64,000 nt of DNA, from positions 2,108,001-2,172,000 of the forward strand of contig JAYWIR010000021.1 in assembly GCA_036172245.1 (NCBI GenBank), read 5' to 3'. Below the pieces are notes generated by a model. That model worked only from the letters and a program-made list of their open reading frames with translations, was not told the origin of the DNA and searched no databases. Shown one piece after another: positions 11,401-23,210 of the stretch. The stretch is from Raillietiella orientalis (lineage: Eukaryota). The position numbers and the translations under genes are program-made. Numbering within the stretch: the stretch's first letter is position 1; each line of letters opens with the position of its first letter.

Positions 11401-13603
11401 CCGCGTGCTCCGAAGAACCTCGGCCTTCCGCCCCCATTCCTTCCGCCCCCGGTCGGCGAGCTCGGAGGACTTCTCCTCCCCGAGTGAGAGAGAGGTGTAC
11501 CAGACGTGCGCGATTTCCGCTTCGGGATGATGCAGGCGGGTCCTCCGTTCCCGCGGAACACCCGCGGATCGGCATGCTCGTCGGGCGGCGGGCAGCTCCC
11601 TATCCTTTCCTTCTTTCTCCTCCCCCTCCCCCCGGAAATTCTGTGGCGAGCGAGATCATCGGGCGGCGGTCCTACTTTCCGCGTGGACCCCACGTTATTG
11701 ATTTTCCTCCGGGTATCCGAACCATTCGAGACGCTGCACACCAGCAGCAGCCGCCAAGACGGGAGAGCTGACGTCACGTCCTCGGGACAATGGAGGAGAG
11801 GCGAAACAAATCACTCCGTGACAGGCCGATGGTTTGACAGCCTCCGCGCGGATCCTCGGTTTCCTTGTGGGGCAATGAAAGTCTGATGAAATCCGACGGA
11901 AGATGATCGATTCGAAAAAGCAACGTGTGGCGTGCACCGCGGGATAGGATGCGAGCATCGCAACGATCAGGCTCACTTCGGGAGAGAAAGGAGAGAGGGA
12001 GAGAGGAGGAAGAAGGAGGAAAAAGGAAAGACGTATAAATCTAAATGGCAACGATACACGCAAGTTCGCACCACGTCCAAGTGTCGAGGAGCTTTAGAGG
12101 GGTTGCGAAACGGTAAGTGGAAAGAGCCACGTTGAGCGAATGTACTCTTGGAAACCTTTCCTCTATGGAAACCGTTCGTGCAGAAGAGAGTCGGAAACGT
12201 GACGGAGAAAATTCAAACGGTGGTAGTCGAAAACAACCTCTTGAAAGGAGGAGGAGGAGGAAAGGGGAAGGGGGGGGGGCAAGTTTGTGCTAAGACGGAA
12301 GCCTTATTTTCATCCAGATGAACGGGAAATCGACAGATGCACGTGGCGGCGAGAGAGAGCACGCGAATCACTGGAATCCAAGAGCGTGCCAAGAAAGGGC
12401 ATTCCTGAAGGGCCGCGGGAGTCGGCGAGGAGGGCGCGGGATGCAGTAGCCGGGACGGGAGGGTTTCTTACTGCCGGACTCCACCCACTTCGCGTCCCAG
12501 CCTGCGTTTCCCCAGGGAGCCCGGGCGAGGGGCGCTGCGGCCTCTCGCGTGGCGGCAAGCACGTCGGTTGGTCGGCCCGTTCCTCGGTGGAGACCGCGGG
12601 CAGCTGACCACACCGGCCGACCGAACGCGGCACAAGAGCCGGATGCACTCGGAGGGAGCCCTCCGTCCACGTCAAAGGCCGGCGTGGAAGAAGGGTGCAG
12701 GAGGCAGCAGGGGCCGAAGGAGCGGAGCTGGTCGGCACATCCTCTTCTAGGGCGGCCGGGAAGGAAGCAGAGGGAGCCGAGGCAATCCGGCCAGAGGGCA
12801 GGCAGGAAGAGGAACTCTCCCGCCTGCCCTCGCCCCCATGCCTTGGCGCGCTCCCCGAGAGAGCTGGCCAGGCCCCCGTTGGCCTCACGAAGGCAGCACG
12901 GGACAGCGACCGCCTCGCGCGCCGCTGTCGTACAGTGAAAAGGGGAGGATGCGCCCGCACCCGCGGAGGGAAGGATGCTGCGGCGATGCAGCACCACTTC
13001 CCTCCCCTCTCCCTTCTTCACTGTCGGGCGAAGAGGGCACCGCGTGCCTTCCGCCCTTCTGCCGACGCTTCCCTACTGCTCGCTCCCCACTCCCCACGCG
13101 TGCCTGGGACAGACGCAGCTGCCGGGTGCGCTGCTCTTCCGCCACGGCGCGCTCGGCAGGTCTTCCGCACGCCAACACTAGGCGACGGCGGAGATAGCGC
13201 ACTGAACGCAGTAGCCGTTGCCGTGGAACGGCCGCAGGTCCGGGAAGCGGGACGCACGGGCACCCCACCCTACGGCGCGAGCGCGCGCCCTTCCGGCGTC
13301 TCGTCTCGCGGAAAACTCCGTTGCTTCTGGAGCCTCTCCTCCGCGTCTCCGGTGGCCGAAGGGGTCCCGCCGCCCCGCAAAGAGTGCCACCCGCGCGCAT
13401 CCGCCAGAAGACCCGACCCCGCAGTGGAGATCAGGGATCCCGACGGCTCTGATCACGTGGTGCCGAAGCGACCGACGGCGCAGCGGATGCGGCAGCAAGA
13501 AGCAAAGATGTTGGGTCCCAGGGGACTTCCCTCCCTCGCTCCCATGAGCCCCGTCCTCGTGACCTCGTGGACACTACCACAAAGCCGCGAGTTGCGCACT
13601 GTC

Positions 13604-13728
13604 CTTGTTGAGGTCAGGTTCACAGCGAGTCCTCTTCTTGTGGATGTCGCCGATCACGAATGCCATCCTGGTGGTGGGCGCCATCACTACACCGCCACGA
13701 AGTCTCCTCTAACGGAAGCCAGTACACC
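13604..13728 (+). repeat. Decayed dispersed repeat, copy B (partner at 8260-8413, opposite orientation)
   Basis: Same manual alignments as for copy A. Confidence 0.8.
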
Positions 13729-16536
13729 ACCACGAGCGTTGGAGCCAGTCTGGCGTCCTGTGGCTCCGCAATTTGCTGCTCGCCGCTCGCGGCGCTCGAT
13801 CCCGCACGCCAAACACAGCCGGGAGCGGCTGTGTCCCCGGTCCGCAGTGCGCAGGGGCCACTGACCCCTCCGCGCTTCCAGCATTGCGTCCAGACGGAAG
13901 CCCCCGTCGTGCGCCCGCCCTCCGGCGTTCCTCCACGAGCCCCAAAGGTCCCTAGTGGCAGCATCTCCGTTCCAGGGGACCGCTTGCACGCCCTTCGAAG
14001 GAGCACGGGCTCGTCTTTGGGACTGGATGGGCAGAGGAAGGACGTCGAGGTCCGCAGCCTCTTCATCTGGCATGCACCCTTTTCTGCCCCCATCGCACTT
14101 GCCCCGCTCCCTGCTGGATCCTGCGGCAGGACCCTCGGCCCGCCCCGGAGATGCGCACGCTGCGCCCCCTTTCTCGCGAACCGCCCCAAGGGCAGAGAGG
14201 ACAGCGCCCATCGGCTCTCCAGGGGTCAAATGGCCCTCTGCGACGGCGGCGGTGCGAGGCGCGCGCGGCCACTGCCCTCCCTCTTCCTCCCTCCTCAGCA
14301 GTTCGGGCCGACTCGTCCACACCGCCGCGAAGTGCGTCTCTGGGGCAACGAAGCGGACGGGCGGCGTGTGGTTTCTGCGGAAACGAGGGGACACCTCGAT
14401 CCCCCTGCGTTCCCCTCTGTCGAGCGAAGGCGTCCGAAAACCGCCGGGAACTCAACACGGAGGACTCCCGCCTCCCTACGCCCGCATGCGGTTGCCGGGT
14501 GGTGCCCGAGGAGGGAGGAAGCCCCGTTGCCCGAGCGCGCGCGCGCGCGCACACGCACGCACGCAGGCGCGTGCGAGCAGCTGCCTGAGACACCGGCTTT
14601 CGTCACAGTGGGCTCGCGAGCAGGGGTGCCAGAAATGCAGGGCAGGACGGAAAGCGCGTGTCCCCCTCGAGGGCGTCGCGCATTCCAGAGGGAATCTCCC
14701 TGCTCCCTTTGTGCGCAGGACGGAACGACTGCCCCATTCGCTCCTTTCGAAGAAGCGCTCTTCTTTCCCAGGAGTGACGAATGACTGCCCGCGGTCTTTG
14801 CCCTGCGCTCTTGTTTCTCGACCTTCCTGAAAAAAGCACGTTTTGAAAGATTGATAGGATGAGCGGATGCTGGAAAAATTATATCCCCGAAGACGCCGGT
14901 TTCGAGAAGCGCTCTTCTTGCGGGACCGGATCTCTTCCTTGCTCGGCCACGGGCTCTCCGGTTCTCCACTCGAGCGGAACGACTGGGATCGGTCACTCGG
15001 TCACTTCCGCGAGCACGCGAGCAGGGCCCCCCGCGTGGGTCGGATGCTGCGGGGTGGCGCGCGCGCGGGAGAGAGACTTCGCTCGTTCGCGGAGGTCTCG
15101 CTCTCCTTTCCTCTCCCCCCCCCCCATCCCGTCCCGTCCTCCGGAATCGCCACGGGTTCCCGGCGGGGCCACCTCCAGAGGCGCGTGTTCGCTCACCCGG
15201 GAGGCGGGAGGACGCGACGCGCCACAACGGGACACGGGCGGGAGAGATGCCTCGCCGCCGAACGCGCCGCACCCGGCGACGCGAGCGAGCGGGGTGCGGT
15301 CGCCTTCCGCGCCTCCGTGCGGGCATCTGGGAAGTTTCATGCTTGCGTTTCCAAGGAAACAGTCGATAAATGACGATGCTCCATTATTTATGTATTTGTG
15401 TGCATGTGGCACTTGAGCGAACCCGAAGCGGTAGGCATCAACGCCTTTGCTCAGGCACGTGCGAAAAAGTCAAGGTCACGCCCGAAACGTGCATCCTTGA
15501 TGCTCTCGGACTCCATCCCGGAGCGCAATCTGCATCTGATGCTGGAAGGCAGATTCGTTATATTTAGGCCGGGGATCGTTCTGTGCGCTCGCCGACCGAG
15601 CGACAGATCGAACGGATGCGATCCTCCGGAGGGACTCCTCGCGAAGACTCGGCGCCGAGGAGGAAAGGCGGTGCGATCATCGCAACCGCGATGGTCGCGG
15701 TCGCAATCGTCACCACCGCTGTCGCCGTGGTGACGTGCAAGGGGAGCTACGGGCAGTCGTCCCTCTCGGGCGCGTACCGAGGCCCTATTCATTCTTAGTC
15801 CGCGCGCGTCCGATTGTTGCGGCTCGCACCGGTGATTGGTCGCGCTCCCCCATTCCCTTTCACTCCCCCCGTCGCCCGTGCCGACGGGGGCGGCGGCGGC
15901 CGCTGCTCGTGCGTGTGTGTGTGTGTGTGTCCGTGTTTCGCGCGCCCACCTCGACTGGAAGTGCTGCTCGCCGCTGCTGCCAGGCGACGACGGCGTTTTT
16001 TCCGGAATGTTCCGAAGGTCGTTTGCTCTGCCGTTCCTCGAAGGCCCGTTGGAAATCCTCCTCCGCCTCCTCCTGCCGTTTCTCCGACGCTCCTAGCAGG
16101 CCGGCGGAACGAAGCTGCCCGCCTATAAAAATCCCACGTGCTTCAGCTCGCCGATTCCGGGGAAGAAGAAAACGCGCAGGGAACAACAACATGTGGAGGC
16201 GAAGGATGGAACGAGGACGGCAGAAACAAAAAGAGAGAGAGAGGGGGGAAAAAGAAAAAGGGAGAGACGGAAAGAGAGAGATGAGGAAAGAATCCCCCCT
16301 AGTTTCGGATCGCATTCGCATCTGCTCGTATGGATCTGTCGATCGCGATTGTGGCAATAACCATAGCGACCCGTAGCGGATCATCATCCGCCGCCTCCCA
16401 TTGTGATCGTGAACCCAGCAGCCTGCTGACTAATCCGGGAACCTGAGGAATGTTCGGCGCCCGGTCGTCTCCTGATGCGAAAAAAAGATTGGGCCGTCAG
16501 CTTGGATCTTCTCATTGGACGGTGTGTTTTTTTCCT

Positions 16537-16559
16537 CGCGCGCGCGCGCGCGCGCGCGC
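16537..16559. repeat. (CG)11 microsatellite
   Basis: Perfect alternating CG run. Confidence 0.95.
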
Positions 16560-19500
16560 ACGCGTGTACGCTTTTCTAATTTGCGGGATGAAACCGTTGC
16601 GTTCGGATTGCTGCTGGGGGGGTCGATCCCGAGGTGGAAAACAAACTCCCGCACTGTCGCCCTCTAATTGAATGCGACTGGCGCACATGCAAACGCGGGA
16701 AGCGGCGCGCGGGACCGCGACGGTCGGTCGCACTCGACCGATCCCACGGGCCTTCCTGGAAGGGTGTTCGGGCGGATTGCGTTCGGTTTCAGCAGCACTC
16801 GTCGCCGGGCTCCCCCACCCCGGGGACCACCTCCCCTGCCTCGCTTGCTGCTCCCGACTCGGGCGCCTAGGGAACCCCCGGAAGCCCGGCGGTTCCCCGT
16901 GAGTGGGTGAGTGTGTTTGCATCCCTGACTGGCCGGAAGCGCGCAGCCTGGACTCCGCCCGCGTGAGGTCTTCGGCGGTACGCGGGTCAGCAGGTGGACT
17001 GCGCTCATCCCCTCCCCCCCTCTTTCCTCTTCCTCTCTCCCTCTCTTTGTGCCAACGGTCCAGCGGCCTGCCGCGGCGGGAACGAACACGCCGTGGACGG
17101 AACGTCCCGGATCTTGTCGCCTTCGGGCGGACGCGAAGGACGGCGCCAACGGGCGGCGGGCCGTCGTCTCCGCATCGCCCCTTCCACGGGTCCAGCTGCA
17201 ACGCAGGGATCCCTCGCGGAGAACTGGAGCCATGTGCTGAAATCAGCGTTAACGAGGTTCTTCGAACGTTCTGGAACGTCTCCAGCGTTGCTCCGCCTCC
17301 GCGCAACCTCGAATCCTCGTTCCTTCTCTCCTTTCACCTCCTCCCTACCCGACGTCCTTCCACTTCCTCTTTTCCGTCCATTTCCCCTTTTTCCTATTTA
17401 AAAAATAAAAGCGAAACCGAGGCAGCCGCCATCGCGCCACCGGACGGCAGGCCAGGCGAGTCGATCCCGCCTCAAGAACGATCAAAAAAAAAGGAAGAAG
17501 GGGATGGGGGAAAGGGGCGGCCGTGAGGAAAAATGCAAGATGCAGGGAAGGCGTTTCCCGGGAACCAAACCGAAGAAGGAAAAAAAATGTGCATCGATGA
17601 CGGGATCGATTTTTTCCCGCGAAGTAAACAAAGAACACGTGACGGGAGAGAGGAAGAGAGAGAGAGCCGTCGTCGTCGTCGCTCGCCGGCAGGCAGCAGC
17701 GCTCCCGGGCGGGCCACTGCGGCAGGAGCGATTCCAGACTCCGAAGAGCGGGCGGGAGCCTTTTCGCATGCGCGGCGACGCCCCCCCCCCCCCTCCCTCC
17801 CTCTCCCCCGTGCTCAGCGAAGGCGTAGGAGCCCAACGAACGCTGATGGCCCGACCGCGATTGCTGTCGTCGTCGCCGTCGCCGCTGCCACCTCGTGGAG
17901 CTGTGGAAAAAGTCCCTGCGCACTGCACTGCCGCGCGCCCTTGCGGCCCGCGCCGGCTGCTGCTGCTCAGCTCGTGGGGCGCTGAAAGGGGGGGGGGGGG
18001 GGAGGCACCGCAGCCACTGATGCGCAGAATGCTGCCGGACGCTCCCAGGCGGAGTGCGTACGCCCCGCGCGTTGGAAGCGGTGGAGGAGGCGAGCCGGAC
18101 GGGCCCTCGAGAGGAGGCACGGGCAGCAGCAGCAGCAGCAGCTGACGTTGTTTCCAGGAGACCCTGCACGGGTCGCCGCAGTGCCCCCCAGTCAACCAGC
18201 CAGCCGAGCTCCAGGACGCCGTCCGGCACAGCGGGAAACCACGCGTGTCACCCGACCCCGGCGTCTGCCGAGCGCGTCCTCTTCCGCTTCGTGTGCGGCT
18301 GCGTTTCCTTCCCCGGGGGGTCCCTCTGGCGAAGGGGGGGGGGGGTAGGCAACCTCGAATCCCGGCCCGTAGGCTTCTCGGTCGCTGGAGATGGTGGATG
18401 GGCGCCGCCGCCGGCTCCGGGTCGGTGAGAGCCTCGTGGAGGATTTCCTTGAGCGGGTGGGCGCCACCTCAGGGTCCGGTGAAGCTGGCGCGCGCCTGCG
18501 GCGGGCTCGAACGCGTCCGCGGTCGCGCTCCCGCGGTTCTCGGGCGGCCGCGAGCGGAAGCGGTTCGCCTCCACTTCCCCACGTCCGTCCTCTCTCTCCC
18601 TTCCGCCTGATCAAAGGGAAGCCACGTGGCGCGCGCTTAGCAACCGATCCGGGTGGCGGCGCGTCCCCGCGCTGCGAGGCGGCAGCCCCAGCGCGAGCGA
18701 TACGGCGACCGATGGCGTAGGAGACCACGGAGGCGGAGGGAGCACGGCGAGCGGCCCGCGGGGTTCGCCACACTCCCGAGCGCCGCCGCCTTGTCTGGGA
18801 TTTAAGCGCCCGCACGTTCCAGCACGTGCGGCGCCCGGAGCGCCCGGTTTCTGCACCTGGAGAGAGCGGATCGCGGAAGGTGCGCGCGTGCGCCGCGGGG
18901 TCGGATAGGCGCCAGGGCAACGGCACCAGCGTGGTATTGGGGTATGCCCGGCGCCGCCTCCCGCCCTTCGTCGGCTTCCACCCGTCCCGGGACGGGGGGG
19001 AGCGGGCGCCCGGGTTCTCAGGCCGCAGGGAGGGAACCATCGGCCGCTTCGCGACGCCCGCCGCGTGGGCCCCACGGGCCGCCGCGGGCCTGGGCGTGCG
19101 CAGGTCCGCGGCCTCGAGGAGCGCACGCAGAAGCGCTTCCCTCCGCGGGGCTGCGAAAGGCCACATGCCCTCCTCGCCCGACGGGGGAAAAAATCTGCGA
19201 CGCGGCCGGTGGGTGTCGATGGCACCGTAATGACAATAACACCCGCCGAGCCCCCGAAAGGAAGGGAAAAAAGGAAAGAAAAAAAAACATCACGCGGCAG
19301 ATGCGAGCAGCAAAAACCATGCCATTAAACACGAGCACTTCGCGCATCGTTTCTCGCCATAAAAGTTCGATTCTGTTGTCAGGTGCTCCGCTATGTACTG
19401 TAATGATCGATCAGCAAAGGAAGAAGAGAGACGGGGGGGGGGGGGAGAGAAGGAGACAACAACAAAAAAAGAAAAACAGTAGATGCACACTCCGTGGCTG

Positions 19501-22500
19501 CAGGTAGTTGGAGCATTTTCCCCCCTCCTTTCTTCCCCTTCCTCCCTCCCTCCCTTCCTCTCCCTCTCTCTCTCTCTCTCTCTCTTTCTCCTCAAAAACG
19601 GAAACTTTCCCGATTCCGCAGGAAGCGTCCGCCTCGATCCGTAAGCGAGCGAGAAACTTTCGGCGCCCCTCCTGCCATCTACGGGAGACCCGCGGAACTG
19701 CCCGCCGTCGCCACCCCGTGTAAAGTGACGCTGTTGCGTGATAAACCCGAAAGATATCTTCCGAGTGGGAACACCACCCTGCTCCGCTCCACGAGATGAC
19801 GAACGGCTTCTCAAGTAGCATCTCGGGCTCGGGAATGAACTCGTCACATGGCAACGCAAGGGGGGGGGGGGGAGAAGGAAAAAAGAAGAATCCACGTGCG
19901 CGCACGTGTTTTGTGTGCGACCACGCGCGTGCGCATGCGCGAACACGTGCACCTACGTGAACACTTACGTGTACGCCGCTGGCGCGTGTAAAATCGGAAC
20001 AAGATTTGGCCGGTCGAGCATCCTCCGAAGAAGCTGACTCCGGAGGAACAAAGGTTGGACCGGAAGTGCACGGAACCGAGCGTTTCTCAGGCGACTTTCC
20101 CACGGCACGAGCCCGGCGGCACACGTCGACACGAGCTGCTCGCTCCGGCAGGGAAGGGGAAGGGGGCGTGCCGGGTCTCCCCCCCCCCAGGATTCCCCCG
20201 GGGTCGGCCTCCGAGGGGAGCGGGGGGCCACTGCAAGCGAGGACGCCCTGTCCCTCGCGCGCGCACCGGGAGAGCTCCAGCAGGTGGGGAGGGCGTGGCA
20301 ATGGAGGGGCTCGGTCGGCGCAGCCCGTCTCCCACGGGAGATCGCAGGCGAGGTGCACGGGACTCGCCGTGCCCTGCGCCCTCTGCTCGGGGATGAACGC
20401 GGCTCCGGAGGGCGAGCCATGGAGAGAGCTTCCGAGCGGTCCCCTCCGCTCCGTTGCCAGCGGAAACGGATGGGAGGGATGACCCCTCCTCCCTCACGAC
20501 CCTTTGGCCCGTTTCCTCCGGGACGCCCGGACCGAGAAACGCGCGCGTGAGGCTCTTCCCAAGCACCGCGACCACACCCCCTTCCCCCTGGGGGAGGGCG
20601 GAGGTCGAGCCGCGAAAAGCAGCGAAAGTCGGCCACGGGGGGTGCTTTCACCCGAGGTCAGTCGCTTCCTGCGCGCAAGCAAGCAAGCAAGCGCGCGGCG
20701 GCCTCCGGGGAGCGAAGGTCGCGCGCGGAGGCGGCGCACGCGCGTCCCCGACCCACAAGGCGCAGTGGCGGTGATTCGTGAAGGTCGTTGGCCCTCCGGC
20801 GGGGCATCCTCCCTCCCTCCCTCTGGGGTCGCGCGGCGCTTTTCCTTTCTCGGCCGCCGCCGCTGCTGCGCTCTCGAGTCCATGACGTCAGACTCCGTCT
20901 CCACCCACGTGTCGATGGTTAAAAATACGACGGCGGCGTCATGGCTACCGCGCCGCTTCCCGTCGTCGTAGACGCCGCCGCGGCCTGCGCGCGTTCGCGG
21001 GCAGGAAGGAAGGAGGGCGCACGCACCCCGGGTGCCGCCGCCCGGGAGCGAGGGGAGGAGCAGGGATGCCCCCGCACCCGCTCGAAGGGGAGCGACATCC
21101 CGGCTGATGGCGGCGCGCGCGCCCGCTCCTTCCGGGATTCTTTTTTGTTTCCGGGTGGGGCAGAGGGCGGGGTAGGGTCGGCTCTCCCCCGCGTTGCCGG
21201 ACCTCCCGGCGGGATGCGCCAGGGAAGAAGAACCCCTCCCCCAACCCTCCCCCCCGTGCTGCTCCCCACGCCACCAGGGGCAGCAGCCCGCCGGTCGCCT
21301 CGTCCTCAACCTCAGCTGCCAGAGGAGTTCTGCGCGCGTCTGCTTTTCCAGAGCGGCTTGGCGCGCTGCCGGGCGACACGCCCCCTGCGAGTCCCCTCGC
21401 CTCCCCCCCCCCTTGGCAGTCCGTCCCTCTCCCCGCGCAGCCCTCGGCACCACGAGGCAGGCGCGCGTCCGGACGCCCTCGCCCGCCATCCGAGCCGCGG
21501 TGCTCTAGCTGCCGAGCACCCCGGCTCCCCGCCGCAGGGGCCCGCGAGGTCGCCGCGATGCGCAAAAAGACGGGCGGCGGTTGCGACCAGCCCGGGCCGC
21601 TGGTCGCACGACGCGCGCCGGGGGTTCCGCCGAGGATCGAAGCCGAAGCTGGACGGGAGCCAATGAGGTGCGGCGGCGGCGGACTTCCCGGGAGGGATGT
21701 CTCCGAGCCCGCGTGCTCTCCGGGGGAAGTGCGCAGCGGAGGACGGCACGGGCGCGCACCTCGAGGTGCGCGCAGTCCGCCGGCGACTCGCGGTTTCCTC
21801 TCGAGGCCAGCCGGCAGGGCAGCACCGCCACGGAGCCGCCGGGAGCGCGGCGCTCTGCCCCAGGGAGAGCGGGCTGCGGAGTCTGGAGGGTCGGTCGGTC
21901 GGTCTTGCGCGCCCACCGTGGAAAAAGCGGCCCGTCGGGGCAAGGGAGGGAAGGGGGGCGACGTGGAAGCAGACGGCGGCGCTGGTTCTTCCGGGAGCGA
22001 CTCCGCGCGGCGGAGGCTTTGACGACAGCCGGGGGCGTTCCGCGACAGCGAAGCGCCATCGGAAGTGCTCGCAACCGGCGCGCACTGCTCGGCGGCACAC
22101 GCGGGTGCCGCCGCCAAGGCGCAAGGGAGCGGCGCTCGCTTCGGCCTCGCACGTTCCGCGGAGGCCGAAGAAGGCGCGGACGTGTGGCTCCGTCCACGAC
22201 GTCGGCATCCTCGACGGACGGGTGGAACTCGGCACGGACGAATCCGCGCGCGTCCGCCTGCTGCGGTCGCCGCCGCGCAACGCGGCGGACTCGCACGCAT
22301 TCGCCGAGCGCCGAAATTCGCGCGCACGCAAGCCGTTTGGCGCTGCGGGCGAACCCGGAAACTCGATCGCCGGAAGTGTCCGTGTGCAAACCGGAACTGA
22401 GAAGGCTCGCCGGGGGCGCCACCACCAAGAGCAAATGATCCTGGAAGATCGCCGGAGCCGTATTGGCTCCGGAAGCTGCCGGCCCCCGAGAAGCGTGACG

Positions 22501-23210
22501 ACGCGCGTCGGCGGGAACGTGCGCCACCGTCCTCCGGCGCGAGGATTGCGCTTGCTCACTACAGATACAGTTCCGACCCCCCCCCCCCCCATCCCCCAAT
22601 GCGAATGGGCTACCGTGCCGTTGCTGCTTCATCTGGGAGGATGAAGACCTTACTGAATCACTGCAGCACGACGTACCCCACTGGGCAGGCAGGACGGGGC
22701 CCGGGCATCCTCCGCTCCCGCGTTTCGTTCGCCAACGGGACGGAGCAGAGAGTCGTCGCGGGAACGCCGCTCGCTTCTTGCGCACCTCGTGTTCCCACGC
22801 GGGGCACGCAATCGCAGCGCCACGTCCCGCGGGAATTTCCCCCAATGGGTCGGGGGGACACCGCCGACCCACATTTTTCTGGGAACTTCTTTGCCGTTCG
22901 TTCACCTGACGCGTTCGGAGCGCAGCAGGTCACCGCGGATGCTCCTTTGGAAACGCTGCGCAAACGTTCGGAGGCTGCGTAAGCGGGAGGGGGAGGGAGG
23001 CATTCGCCCCAAAAGGGGGGAGGAGCTCTTCCTCCTCTCGCGCACGCGCAGAAAGGGGCTTCCGCCAGCCCGGATCCGGAGCAATGAATCCGCAAGACAT
23101 GGTTCGATCCATTTCTGTATTTATGTATAAACTGGCATTGCCTTCTTCGCATGGATTTCCGGAACACAACGTAATGTGCTTTTCTGGACGACTTGCTCCA
23201 CACAGTGCTA

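Noticed and set aside
11340..11450. GGTTCGAATC B-box-like motif on the minus strand (tRNA or SINE?)
   Set aside because: I could not find a cloverleaf, an A-box or a second copy.
11855..11925. CTGATGA...GAAA hammerhead-ribozyme-like core
   Set aside because: Stem II lacks the closing pair in register, and stems I and III cannot be formed convincingly.
18780..18830. CWNVRALKSQTRRR, resembling the start of a LINE AP endonuclease
   Set aside because: No downstream LQET, GDFN or SDH motif was seen.
5860..23200. Many overlapping 200-470 aa ORFs on both strands
   Set aside because: They are Arg/Pro/Gly/Ala-rich, open in several frames at once, cross homopolymer runs and show no domain. High GC and few TA dinucleotides explain them.
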